Shown here in pieces: positions 16,577-25,720 of a stretch of 39,701 nt of DNA; positions within the stretch are counted from its first letter, which is position 1; each line of letters starts with the position of its first letter. Both the position numbers and the translations under genes were made by a program. Under the pieces are notes generated by a model. The model saw nothing but the letters and a program-made list of their open reading frames with translations. It was not told where the DNA came from and ran no database searches. The stretch is taken from positions 1 through 39,701 of the forward strand of contig JAYULG010000307.1 in NCBI GenBank assembly GCA_043763755.1, read 5' to 3'. The stretch comes from Akkermansiaceae bacterium. GTDB taxonomy: Bacteria; Verrucomicrobiota; Verrucomicrobiia; Verrucomicrobiales; Akkermansiaceae.

Positions 16577-17971
16577 ATGAACTCACAGAATTTAATCAAC
16601 CTTGGGATCCCACGAGGTGAAGCCATTTTAGCTGCCAAGAAATTCATTTATCACTTCATGATCAGCGGTGGTGCCAGCGAGCAATTGGAAGATGAAATTT
16701 TAAAGATCATTTCCGATCCATGCACGTATTTTCATGATGAATTGCGCAGCCCACTCGCTCATGCGATCTATCGTCCAGCCTTCATTCCGCGTGCCGAAGC
16801 TGCACCATGGCGGCAATGGGGTGTGGATCTAGAGCTGGAAGCAGTGAAGCAAATGATGAATGCCTGTGACCTTCCTGTGGCAGTAGCCGGTGCCTTGATG
16901 CCGGATGCGCACCCAGGATATGGCTTACCCATCGGTGGCGTTCTTGCCACAGAAAATGCAGTGATTCCCTATGCGGTCGGTGTTGATATCGCCTGCCGCA
17001 TGAAGCTCAGTGTGTATGACCTCAGAACAAACCTTATCCTCGGACAAAGGGATCGTCTTGTTAATATTCTCGAGGATGAGACACGCTTCGGTATCGGCTC
17101 GAGTTTCCAGAAACGCCGCCAGCACGCCGTCATGGACGAGGATTGGAGCGTTACTTCAGTGACGAAACGCCTGCGAGATAAAGCATGGAATCAGCTAGGC
17201 ACGAGCGGCAGTGGCAATCATTTCGTAGAGTTTGGTGCCTTCACAGTCACCTGTGACACATTAGGGTTACCGCAGGGTGAATACCTTGCCTTACTCAGTC
17301 ATTCCGGCTCGCGCGGTACAGGCGCACATGTTTGTGATACCTATAGCAAACGTGCGATGGACCGCCGAAGTGAGTTGCCAAAAGAACTGAAGAGTCTGGC
17401 ATGGCTCACGCTCGATGAAGAGGATGGCCAAGAGTATTGGAATGCTATGAATCTGATGGGCCGCTACGCCGCTGCAAATCATGAACTGATTCATTATCAT
17501 ATCGCTAAGAAATTGGGTGCTCGTGTGATTCTAGACATCGAAAATCATCATAATTTCGCATGGAAGGAAACCCATGTCATCGGAGGAGTGGAGCGGGAGG
17601 TAATCGTCCATCGCAAGGGAGCCACACCGGCTGGCGCAGGGGTTTTAGGAATCATTCCTGGCTCAATGGCTACACCAGGCTTCGTCGTCCGTGGCAAGGG
17701 CCAGTCTGAATCACTCCACAGTGCATCCCACGGGGCAGGCCGTGCGATGAGCCGCACTAAAGCGCTACAGTCATTCACATGGAGCGGCACCAAGAAACTG
17801 CTCAAAGAGCGCGGAGTGGACCTTATTTCTGCGGGTCTGGATGAGGTTCCTGGCGTTTACAAAGACATCCATAGCGTGATGGCTGCCCAAGATGATCTGG
17901 TAGAAGTGTTGGGAAGATTTGACCCTAAACTTGTGAAAATGTGCCCGCCCGGTGAGCGGGCGGAAGACTGA
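16577..17971 (+). CDS. rtcB: RtcB family RNA ligase
   Basis: MPDAHPGYGLPIGG, VGVDIACRM, GTSGSGNHF, HSGSRG, HHN, HRKGAT, IPGSM, SHGAGR. Confidence 0.96.
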   Translation: MNSQNLINLGIPRGEAILAAKKFIYHFMISGGASEQLEDEILKIISDPCTYFHDELRSPLAHAIYRPAFIPRAEAAPWRQWGVDLELEAVKQMMNACDLPVAVAGALMPDAHPGYGLPIGGVLATENAVIPYAVGVDIACRMKLSVYDLRTNLILGQRDRLVNILEDETRFGIGSSFQKRRQHAVMDEDWSVTSVTKRLRDKAWNQLGTSGSGNHFVEFGAFTVTCDTLGLPQGEYLALLSHSGSRGTGAHVCDTYSKRAMDRRSELPKELKSLAWLTLDEEDGQEYWNAMNLMGRYAAANHELIHYHIAKKLGARVILDIENHHNFAWKETHVIGGVEREVIVHRKGATPAGAGVLGIIPGSMATPGFVVRGKGQSESLHSASHGAGRAMSRTKALQSFTWSGTKKLLKERGVDLISAGLDEVPGVYKDIHSVMAAQDDLVEVLGRFDPKLVKMCPPGERAED

Positions 17972-17973
17972 CC

Positions 17974-18582
17974 ATGAAACCTATTATCCATCGTCCCATC
18001 GTGCTTGTTTTGAATCGAAACTGGCAAGCCATTCACGTCAAGACACCTGCCCAAGCGTTTTGCATGATGGCCACCGCAGCGGCAATGGCGCTCGATATCG
18101 AAGATGATGGATCCATCTGGCCTGTGACATGGGACGCATGGCTCAAGCTGCCGCTCCGTGGGCAGCACCAATCGATCCAAACATCGCGCGGTGCCGTGCG
18201 AATCCCAACGGTGGTCGTAGCGGCAAGCTATGCGCTGATTCCTCTGTGCCGCCCGCGCTTCGGTGCGCGTGGGATCTGGGCGCGCGATGGTGGTATTTGC
18301 CAATACACGGGCCGCAAGCTTTCTGCAAAAGAGGGAAACATCGATCACATTGTCCCTCGCTCACGGGGCGGCGGCTCCACGTGGCAAAATTGTGTGCTTT
18401 CCCACCGTGAGATCAATGAGCGTAAAGCGGATCGCTTGCCCCACGAGGCAGGTCTTCGTTTGCTCCGCAAGCCTACGGTGCCCCGTGCCATGCCTGCTTG
18501 CGTATTTATCCACAATACCCATGGAATCGCTGATTGGGGCCGCTTTTTGATCGATAGGAAAGTGGTGGGAACATCCACTTGA
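17974..18582 (+). CDS. HNH endonuclease (McrA-like)
   Basis: VLVLNRNWQ, RDGGICQYTG, NIDHIVPRSRGG..TWQNCV...N..K. Confidence 0.9.
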   Translation: MKPIIHRPIVLVLNRNWQAIHVKTPAQAFCMMATAAAMALDIEDDGSIWPVTWDAWLKLPLRGQHQSIQTSRGAVRIPTVVVAASYALIPLCRPRFGARGIWARDGGICQYTGRKLSAKEGNIDHIVPRSRGGGSTWQNCVLSHREINERKADRLPHEAGLRLLRKPTVPRAMPACVFIHNTHGIADWGRFLIDRKVVGTST

Positions 18583-18614
18583 AAAACTATTTAAAAGAAC
18601 AACACTACAACTCG

Positions 18615-19088
18615 ATGCCATCTTATCCGCAACCTGGAACCCAGGCTCCTCTGTTCGACGCTTATGCCGTGGGTGGCGAGTATGGCAGTGGCACACTCCT
18701 CACGCTTGAGGAACTCCTTGGTATGACTGTGATTCTCTACTTCTATCCGAAGGACGATACCCCAGGCTGCACCTCCCAAGCCTGTGGCATTCGTGATGAA
18801 TGGATAGACATTCCCGAGAAGGTAAGTGTGTTTGGTGTGAGTGTCGATTCGACAAAAAGCCACGAAAAGTTTATCAACAAATACCAGCTTCCATTCCCAC
18901 TTTTGAGCGATAGTGATCATAGCATTGCTAAGCTTTATGGTGTCTGGGTGGAAAAGAATATGTATGGAAAGACCTACTTTGGCACCGAGCGCACCACATT
19001 CATTATAGATCCTAAAGGAAATATAAAAGCCGTCTTACCGAAGGTGAAAGCAGACATGCACTTGGAGCAATTGCTGAGGATTCTGTAG
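18615..19088 (+). CDS. bcp: peroxiredoxin Q / Bcp
   Basis: YFYPKDDTPGCTSQAC, RTTFIID; alternative TTG start at 18579 overlaps the HNH stop. Confidence 0.93.
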   Translation: MPSYPQPGTQAPLFDAYAVGGEYGSGTLLTLEELLGMTVILYFYPKDDTPGCTSQACGIRDEWIDIPEKVSVFGVSVDSTKSHEKFINKYQLPFPLLSDSDHSIAKLYGVWVEKNMYGKTYFGTERTTFIIDPKGNIKAVLPKVKADMHLEQLLRIL

Positions 19089-19120
19089 TCCCTTGATTCC
19101 TGCGTCCGGCGGTATGACAC

Positions 19121-19161
19121 AAAAAAACCTAGCACCCAAGAAAGGGAGCTAGGTATTTTTT
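19121..19161. terminator. bidirectional intrinsic terminator
   Basis: A-run, ACCTAGC..CCC/GGG..GCTAGGT stem, T-run, between the convergent bcp and RRM genes. Confidence 0.8.
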
Positions 19162-19182
19162 GAAATTTCAGTCGGAAGATGA

Positions 19183-19608
19183 TTACCAACGGCCACCACC
19201 ACCGCCGCCGCCGCCGCGACGATCACCGCCACCGCCACCGCCACCACCACCTTTGTAGCCACCGCCGCCGCCGCCACCTTTGTAGCCGCCGCCACCGCCA
19301 CCACCGTAGCCGCCGCCGCCACCACCGCCGCCGTAGCCACCACCACCGCCGCCGCTTGGACGGGATTCTTTTGGCTCAGAAGCATTAACGCGAAGAGGGC
19401 GACCGTTGTAGTCTTTGTCGTTGAGTGCCTCGATGGCTGCGTTCAACTGGCTTTGGTCACCGAGGGTCACGAAGGCAAATCCTTTCGATTGCCCGGTCTC
19501 ACGATCAGTGATGATTTTGACCCGTTCGACAGGGCCGAAAGCGGCGAAGAGTTCGGAAACATCGCCTTCAGTAGCAGTGTAAGGCAAGTTGCCTACGTAG
19601 ATATCCAT
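19183..19608 (-). CDS. RRM RNA-binding protein with Gly-rich tail
   Basis: RNP2 IYVGNL, RNP1 KGFAFV, GRPLRVN, then GGGGY(K) repeats. Confidence 0.95.
   Translation of the reverse strand: MDIYVGNLPYTATEGDVSELFAAFGPVERVKIITDRETGQSKGFAFVTLGDQSQLNAAIEALNDKDYNGRPLRVNASEPKESRPSGGGGGGYGGGGGGGGYGGGGGGGYKGGGGGGGYKGGGGGGGGGDRRGGGGGGGGRW
19190..19356 (-). repeat. Gly-codon low-complexity repeat (GGC/GGT)n
   Basis: Runs of ccgccgcca on the + strand encoding the GGGGY(K) units. Confidence 0.9.
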
Positions 19609-19758
19609 ATAATTCAATTCTAATGACGCCATGGTTTTAAAACACTTCTTCGGATCATGGCGTCACAGATCAAACAAAATGCGAGGGGGTTATCTTTTAT
19701 TTCCCAAACGAAGTGCGTTTTGGCCTGCCTGACGATAAATAGCAATGAATGATTTTAT

Positions 19759-20619
19759 TTATATTTTTTCGGGAGTGAGCCAATGTTCGCGGCGGAACCA
19801 AGTTTCTTGCCGTTTGGCGTATTGGCGAGTGGCGGCGTTGATGAGTTCCTCACAAGTGTGGAGGTCGATTTCACCATGCAGTAGCGAGCGGATTTCCCGG
19901 AAGCCGATGGCTTTTTCGCAATGAGAGGAAACGTCTGTGAGGGCGGCCACCTCTTGAATGGCACCATTTTCTAACATGGCGCGGGTGCGGCGGGAAATGC
20001 GATAGTGGAGAATCTCGCGCGGGCGATGAATGACGATTCCGCGGAGTGTAGCGGAGATCTGGGCAGTGCGAGTAGCCCACCCGTCGCGCAATTCGGAAGC
20101 TTTTTGGCCGGATAGGAGGCAAATTTCCAACGCTCTGGAGACAAAGCGCCGATTTTCAAGGGCGGTGCGTGAGGCTTCCAAGGGATCAAGCTGGGTCAAG
20201 CGGGCGATGAGTTCGCAGAGCGAGAGTGCGTCCATCTGAGCGCGGAGGCCGGCATCTGCGCGGGGCAGTGGAGCGGGGCCGTGGGTGAGGAACTTGAGGT
20301 AAAGGCCAGAACCACCAGTGATGATCGGGGTTTTTCCGCGGGCTTGGATATCATGAATGATGGGTAGGGCGAGCCGATGGTAACTGCCAGCATCGTTTGG
20401 GGTGGCGGGTGGCAGCACACTGTAGAGGTGGTGGGGCACTTGGGGAAAATCGTGGGGAGATGGTGCAGCACTGAGGGTTTCAATGCCTCGATAGAGCTGA
20501 AATGCGTCCGCATTGAGGATTTCACCATTGAGCTTGTGTGCGTATTCCAGTGCTAAGCTGGATTTCCCAGAAGCGGTGGGGCCGCAGATGTAAAATGGCT
20601 GGGGTGGGGAGGCTGGCAT
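19759..20619 (-). CDS. miaA: tRNA dimethylallyltransferase
   Basis: GPTASGKS, NADAFQLYRG, GGSGLY, AIGFRE, TRQYAKRQETWF. Confidence 0.95.
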   Translation of the reverse strand: MPASPPQPFYICGPTASGKSSLALEYAHKLNGEILNADAFQLYRGIETLSAAPSPHDFPQVPHHLYSVLPPATPNDAGSYHRLALPIIHDIQARGKTPIITGGSGLYLKFLTHGPAPLPRADAGLRAQMDALSLCELIARLTQLDPLEASRTALENRRFVSRALEICLLSGQKASELRDGWATRTAQISATLRGIVIHRPREILHYRISRRTRAMLENGAIQEVAALTDVSSHCEKAIGFREIRSLLHGEIDLHTCEELINAATRQYAKRQETWFRREHWLTPEKI

Positions 20620-20681
20620 CTTATAATGAGAGGGTCTGCATTGGACGGAGAGGCGAAGGTAGAAACGCCGCAATCACAAAA

Positions 20682-20712
20682 CAAAAATGCCGAACGGGGT
20701 GGCCCGTTCGGC
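20682..20712 (-). terminator. intrinsic terminator after hpf
   Basis: 10-bp stem GCCGAACGGG/CCCGTTCGGC followed by a T-rich tail on the minus strand. Confidence 0.8.
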
Positions 20713-20733
20713 TGCTGAATGGATTTTTGAGGA

Positions 20734-21321
20734 TCAGTCTTTGATATCGAGCGCGGCGTATTCTCCATCTTTCCGGCGATAAACGATGGTAAGGCAGCCG
20801 CGGCGGGCGCTTTTATAGAGGACGAAGGGACGCTCCGTGAGCTCTAGCTGCATGATGGCATCTTCCTTATACATGGTGCGGACCGAGTAGTTTTCTGGGT
20901 GTACGATGAATGGGATGGGGTCTTCGTCTGAGTTCTCTGGGTGATCAAGAACATCTGCGGTGAAGTAACGTTCTTCAAGATAGCGGATGGATTCATTGCG
21001 ATGCGGGCGGTGTTTTTTGAGCAAACGTGTTTTGTGTTTGCGCATGCGGCGGGCGATTTTCTCGATAGTTTCATCAAGCGCGGCATACATATCCTTGCCC
21101 TCAGTGTGGGCCTCAATGGTGATGTGATTTGCACAGAAGAGAATAATTTCGGCAATGTGGCGGTTCTTTTGAACGTCGAGAATGACCTTGGCTTCAATAA
21201 TGCGCGGATAATCGAGATGCAGACCTTGGATTTTTTTATGGGCATGGTCCCGGAGTGCATCCGTCACATGTTCGTGTCTCACGGTGACGGTGATTGGCAG
21301 ATTCACGTTTGCAGTTTGCAT
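20734..21321 (-). CDS. hpf: long-form ribosome hibernation promoting factor (HPF/RaiA)
   Basis: VTDALRDHA..KI, DMYAALD..IEKIARRMRKHK, C-terminal EDAIMQLEL..IVYRRKDG. Confidence 0.92.
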   Translation of the reverse strand: MQTANVNLPITVTVRHEHVTDALRDHAHKKIQGLHLDYPRIIEAKVILDVQKNRHIAEIILFCANHITIEAHTEGKDMYAALDETIEKIARRMRKHKTRLLKKHRPHRNESIRYLEERYFTADVLDHPENSDEDPIPFIVHPENYSVRTMYKEDAIMQLELTERPFVLYKSARRGCLTIVYRRKDGEYAALDIKD

Positions 21322-21488
21322 GTTTATTTTTGGTTTGAGGTTAGATGTGCGGATGGCGGTTCTAACAGCCTTATCCGTTTAAAACTATGCACCAAAATCT
21401 TGAGGATAGCTATGCAAGAGTTTTAAAAAAGTCCCCTACGCGAAGGCGGATGGGATACACACATGCTACAGCCGCACAGCCATTCTGC

Positions 21489-23027
21489 TCAGCGCGGTTT
21501 GGTGAGTTCTTCAAAAGTAGAACCTTTGCGGTCAGATTCTGGGACGTCCTTGGACGCTGCGGCCGGGGTAGCGAGAAAGAGATCTTTAAAATCGTCTTGT
21601 GGGTTTTCAGCCGTCCCACTGACCTTAATGGTAAGCCAGCAATAGCCGTCTGAAACGGGACCAAATAGTGTTTTAAGACTCGGGGAATTTTCCGCGGAGA
21701 CGATCATATTTTCCGCAACTCCTACTTCGAGCTCGCCGGTGAGGACTTGGGTGGGCGAGAGTTTGAGTTGACCTCGGAGAGCCATTCGGCCTTTGCTTTG
21801 AAGGTCGATATTTTGAATAATGATGCCTTTTTCGTCCCTGATGATGGTGGCCGTTGCATTCTCACCGAGGAATGAAGGTTTTTTAAACCACTCATCTTCT
21901 AACGTGCGGCTGAGTGAAAAAAGGAAAGGGAATTTCGATATCTCAAATACGGATGCAAGATTTTTACGAATGGTCAGCGTGAGCTTCTGGGCAGGTTTAG
22001 CCGTGGGATAAAATGAGTAGATGTTTGAATCCTTGGTGGGGATTGAATCAACGTTGCCAGCCAGCAACTCATCAAAATTCGGGCCTAGAATTCCGCCTAG
22101 CGGGTAATCTTTGATTTCCACAGCGAGGTTGGACGAGCGGTCTGGGGTATATGGAGAAATGGTGCCTGCCAGCTCAAAGATACCATCGTTTCCAGTGGGA
22201 TCTCCCAGACTCAGGCTGATCACATCGATTTCATTGCCACGAAATTCCATGAACGCACGGTCTAGAGTAAGCTTCGGCCAACCAGGGAGAGTCAGATTGC
22301 CTCCGCTGAAATTCGATTGAAGCCGATTGCTCACGGGATTTGGGAATAGTGAGGCTTCAGAACCAGACAAGGAAATGATAGGCTGCTCGCCGAAGGACAT
22401 CTCCAGTTTGGAAACACGGTAACGGTTGAAAAAAATGGGTGCTGCGGCTTCTGAGGCGGATCCTGTGATCAAGGGCTGGTCCAAGTCTGGAAGGCGGAGC
22501 TTGAGCTTGGCATAGGTGGCAGTCACTTCTTCCCCCTTCATGGCTTTTCCTAAAAAGCTAGAGGGTGCCACTTCTGCGGTGAGACCTCTAATGTCGAGAG
22601 ACTCCATCACGTTTCCTTGCGGCCAGATAAGATTCAGGCGTCCTGCATTCGCAGTGCGAGGATTCATCCGGAACGTTTCGATTTCCGGAGTGCCTCCCGT
22701 GGCTGCGAGAATTTTTTCAAGCAAACTCACCCTAAATCCCGGGCTGTTTGCATACATGAGGGCTGAGCCTGCTCCAAGTAGGGCTAAAACGATAAGAATG
22801 GTGGAGGCCACTACTTGGAAAATGCGTGCACGGCGCGTCTGTTTTTGGTGCTCTTTCTTGGGCTGTTCCGAGCGGCGCTTACGCTTGCGGACTTTGATGG
22901 CCTCAGTGCCATCTGCCCGGATGACCCTTTCACCTCCCTCCTCAGATTCTGGGGATGGGTTACTTTTGAGGCGCTCCATCATCTCATCAATGGAGTATTT
23001 CTCTGGTTCGCTAGGAACGGATGGCAT
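21489..23027 (-). CDS. bitopic inner-membrane protein, possibly AsmA-like
   Basis: Basic cytoplasmic N-terminus, one TM segment, beta-rich large domain ending LTIKVSGTAENPQDDF. Confidence 0.65.
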   Translation of the reverse strand: MPSVPSEPEKYSIDEMMERLKSNPSPESEEGGERVIRADGTEAIKVRKRKRRSEQPKKEHQKQTRRARIFQVVASTILIVLALLGAGSALMYANSPGFRVSLLEKILAATGGTPEIETFRMNPRTANAGRLNLIWPQGNVMESLDIRGLTAEVAPSSFLGKAMKGEEVTATYAKLKLRLPDLDQPLITGSASEAAAPIFFNRYRVSKLEMSFGEQPIISLSGSEASLFPNPVSNRLQSNFSGGNLTLPGWPKLTLDRAFMEFRGNEIDVISLSLGDPTGNDGIFELAGTISPYTPDRSSNLAVEIKDYPLGGILGPNFDELLAGNVDSIPTKDSNIYSFYPTAKPAQKLTLTIRKNLASVFEISKFPFLFSLSRTLEDEWFKKPSFLGENATATIIRDEKGIIIQNIDLQSKGRMALRGQLKLSPTQVLTGELEVGVAENMIVSAENSPSLKTLFGPVSDGYCWLTIKVSGTAENPQDDFKDLFLATPAAASKDVPESDRKGSTFEELTKPR

Positions 23028-23069
23028 GGGTGATTGATGATAAAGTGCGGAACGGGCAGAGAAGCGCGC

Positions 23070-25487
23070 TCATCTGTTGCGATAGGGACGGCCTGTGGGA
23101 TCGATGATTTCGACGTTCACGAGGAAGATGATTGCTTTGGAAATGGGCTGTCTGGCTTTCGTCTGGAAGAAGCGCCCGAGTAATGGGATACTGCCCAAAA
23201 CTGGCACTTTGTCTTCCACATCCTGAATGCTGTTTCTGAGTAAACCACCCACTACAATCGTTCCACCATCGACAATCTTCAAACTCGAAGTGACAGAATT
23301 TTTACTGAAAATAGGCATCAGAATCGCATTCTCCGTAATCGGAACGGTGACCGAGCCTTGAAGGCCATTTCTGACTTGGTTGATCGGGCTACCATAATTC
23401 ACGAAGCCATCGAAATTAACAAACTGAGGGCTGAGAGTTACATCAATGTATTGTTTGTTCCCATCTGCTACAGGGAGAACTTCGAGGGTGACTCCGGTAT
23501 CGCGTTTTTCAAAAGCGGTAGGAGTAGCTGGAGTCACGGCTGCGGAATCTCTACTGCCGTCAATAACATTGCCATTTTCATCGATAATGATGACGGATGT
23601 ATCGCCTGCGGTGTTTGTAGGAAGTTCTGGGGGCTCATACTCGGTGGGGTAGATAAATTCTCGGACAAAGGCAACGGAAGAGGACTGGCCACTGCGAGTA
23701 GTGACGGCGGGCTTTGAGAGAACATCCGTGCTTTTTTCAAGGTCTAAGCCGCGCATGAGCGTGCTAATCGTAGCTTCATCAATGTTCCCACGGAGACCCA
23801 TGATACCCGGCGCACGTGCGCTGGTCTGACGGCCTCTTTGTGCACCAATCACCGCATCAATGCTATCGCCCGTGATAGCAGCGTCTCCACTGCGAAGACC
23901 CGCAGTGAGCGGATCTGCCGTGGCGACTGAGTCTGGCACATCCGTAACGGCATTGCCATTTCCCGTGGTGCCGCCAGAAACGCCCACCTCACCATCACCG
24001 ATACCGAAAGGTGTGAGTAACCAATCAAATCCGAGTTCTTGGAGGTTTATCTGCTCAGTTTCTATCATGGTAACCCGCACAGAAATCATCATCGGCTCGG
24101 CTTGGGCGATGGATTGGATCACTTGGGCGATGAAATCTTGGTTGGCAGGTGTATTAACCACTCGCAGCATGTTATTTCCCGGAAGGTAGGCGACGCTTGA
24201 ACCCTCCGGAAAGGCGATGCCTTGCTTTTCGAGTGCTTCTCTCGCGCCCATGCGGGTCGCGAGAACTCCACTCGTCGCAGGATCTGCTGCGAAAGGATCT
24301 GTGCTTGCAGTGACGGTGGCTCCACTTGTGAGGCTGCTGATAAAATCTGGTGGAACACGATAGCTACGGCTGACGAGTGCATCAGAAGTGGAACCAAGGG
24401 GGCTGATGATCACTGAGAAATCATCCGTGGTGAAAGCCGTTTGTGTGAGCTCGGCGATGTATCTGAGGGCTTGGGAGAGTGGGACTTGAGAGAGCCTCAA
24501 ATCAAAGCGAAGTTCTTGGATTCTCTTTGCGGCCTCTGAATCTGGCGGCCCAAGGTTGATGGTGAAGTTCACTCCTCTGCGTGAGGGATCCGTCTCGAGG
24601 GTGTCATTTTCCGCAGCGCGGACGCGGAGAAAATCGATGGCTTCCGAGAGGGTGGTTTGATCAAGGGCGATTTGTGGAATGATGATGCGGTCTATCTTGT
24701 TGGAGGCAGGAATAGTATCCATTCCAAGTGCGCCTGAGGAGCTTTGTAAGACCCCCGGGTCTAGCTCCAGCGGTGGGACTTGCAGTTCCCAAGCAGCATC
24801 CACTTGGCCGAGCATTTCGGCGCGGGTATGATCGTAGGCAGATTTTAAGTAAGTGCTTTTTGCGGTGGCTACTTGCTCCATGCCACGGCGGGCGGCGGTG
24901 TTGGTAGGATCGATTCGTAAAACCTTTTCATATTCCTGCTTAGCTTGATCATATTTGCCGAGGCCAAATGCACCTTCTGCGGTATAAAGCAGGCGGCGGA
25001 CTGAATCCACGTTCTTGGCATGCTCTTTGGTCAGCGCAGGATTAGTGCGAAGCGGATCGTTGAGCTCGTTGCGGAATGCCAATGCATCAGAGTCTTGTGG
25101 GGAAATGGAGAGAGCTTTTTCCACCACGGCGAGTGCACCTGAAACATCGCCTTTGCGGGAAAGAGCGCGTGCGTATTCAACTGAGGCTTGAGCGTGGCGC
25201 TGGGTCGCGGCTGCGCGCAGGGTGGTATTGCCAAGCTCGTCTGCAATTAGATCCCGCGCTCCTGCGTAGGCCTCCACGGCATCTGCGTAGCGAGCGTTCT
25301 CGTAGGCAGCATCTCCCTTGCTGAGAAGTTCTCTGGCTTCCTCTAGGCCCACATTACTGCGAGATTTTTCTCTTTTGGGGCCAACGGGCGACTGATTTTC
25401 TCCACCTTGGAGAGTTGTGAGACAACAAGCGAAAGCCACGCAGCAGGCGCGGAAGTGGATCAGATAAGTTGGCGCGAATGTCTCCAT
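23070..25487 (-). CDS. Amuc_1098-type TPR + secretin outer-membrane protein
   Basis: TPR helices, then secretin motifs ELGFDW, P.VTTRSGQ, GVTLEVLP, DGGTIVVGGL, DKVPVLGSIPLLGRFFQ. Confidence 0.88.
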   Translation of the reverse strand: METFAPTYLIHFRACCVAFACCLTTLQGGENQSPVGPKREKSRSNVGLEEARELLSKGDAAYENARYADAVEAYAGARDLIADELGNTTLRAAATQRHAQASVEYARALSRKGDVSGALAVVEKALSISPQDSDALAFRNELNDPLRTNPALTKEHAKNVDSVRRLLYTAEGAFGLGKYDQAKQEYEKVLRIDPTNTAARRGMEQVATAKSTYLKSAYDHTRAEMLGQVDAAWELQVPPLELDPGVLQSSSGALGMDTIPASNKIDRIIIPQIALDQTTLSEAIDFLRVRAAENDTLETDPSRRGVNFTINLGPPDSEAAKRIQELRFDLRLSQVPLSQALRYIAELTQTAFTTDDFSVIISPLGSTSDALVSRSYRVPPDFISSLTSGATVTASTDPFAADPATSGVLATRMGAREALEKQGIAFPEGSSVAYLPGNNMLRVVNTPANQDFIAQVIQSIAQAEPMMISVRVTMIETEQINLQELGFDWLLTPFGIGDGEVGVSGGTTGNGNAVTDVPDSVATADPLTAGLRSGDAAITGDSIDAVIGAQRGRQTSARAPGIMGLRGNIDEATISTLMRGLDLEKSTDVLSKPAVTTRSGQSSSVAFVREFIYPTEYEPPELPTNTAGDTSVIIIDENGNVIDGSRDSAAVTPATPTAFEKRDTGVTLEVLPVADGNKQYIDVTLSPQFVNFDGFVNYGSPINQVRNGLQGSVTVPITENAILMPIFSKNSVTSSLKIVDGGTIVVGGLLRNSIQDVEDKVPVLGSIPLLGRFFQTKARQPISKAIIFLVNVEIIDPTGRPYRNR

Positions 25488-25551
25488 GCGAAAAGGTTTC
25501 CTGATTCATAGAGAGCTTGAGCGTTGAGCGTAAGCGCAAAATCTAGGAAAA

Positions 25552-25689
25552 TCATCTTTTCGGGTGCCATGCGAATTCGAGCTGGATTTCTTTGTGCTTC
25601 CTCATTTTTTGTGTTGGTGAAAAGTGTCCGGCGAGCGTTTGTTTTGCCAACCGGATGAATCTATCAAGCAAGGGTTTTAAGCTCTTCAT
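25552..25689 (-). CDS. small basic hypothetical protein (45 aa)
   Basis: Fills the ribF-secretin gap on the same strand; amphipathic helix, then QLEFAWHPKR. Confidence 0.45.
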   Translation of the reverse strand: MKSLKPLLDRFIRLAKQTLAGHFSPTQKMRKHKEIQLEFAWHPKR

Positions 25690-25720
25690 GTGAGCAGTGT
25701 TCAAATGAGCGCATCTTCTG

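Noticed and set aside
19149-19388. His/Arg-rich and Ala/Val-rich ORFs
   Set aside because: Alternative frames of the Gly-codon repeat in the RRM gene.
21378-21427. TTTAAAACT/AGTTTTAAA inverted repeat upstream of hpf
   Set aside because: Low-complexity AT sequence with a long spacer; a function cannot be supported.
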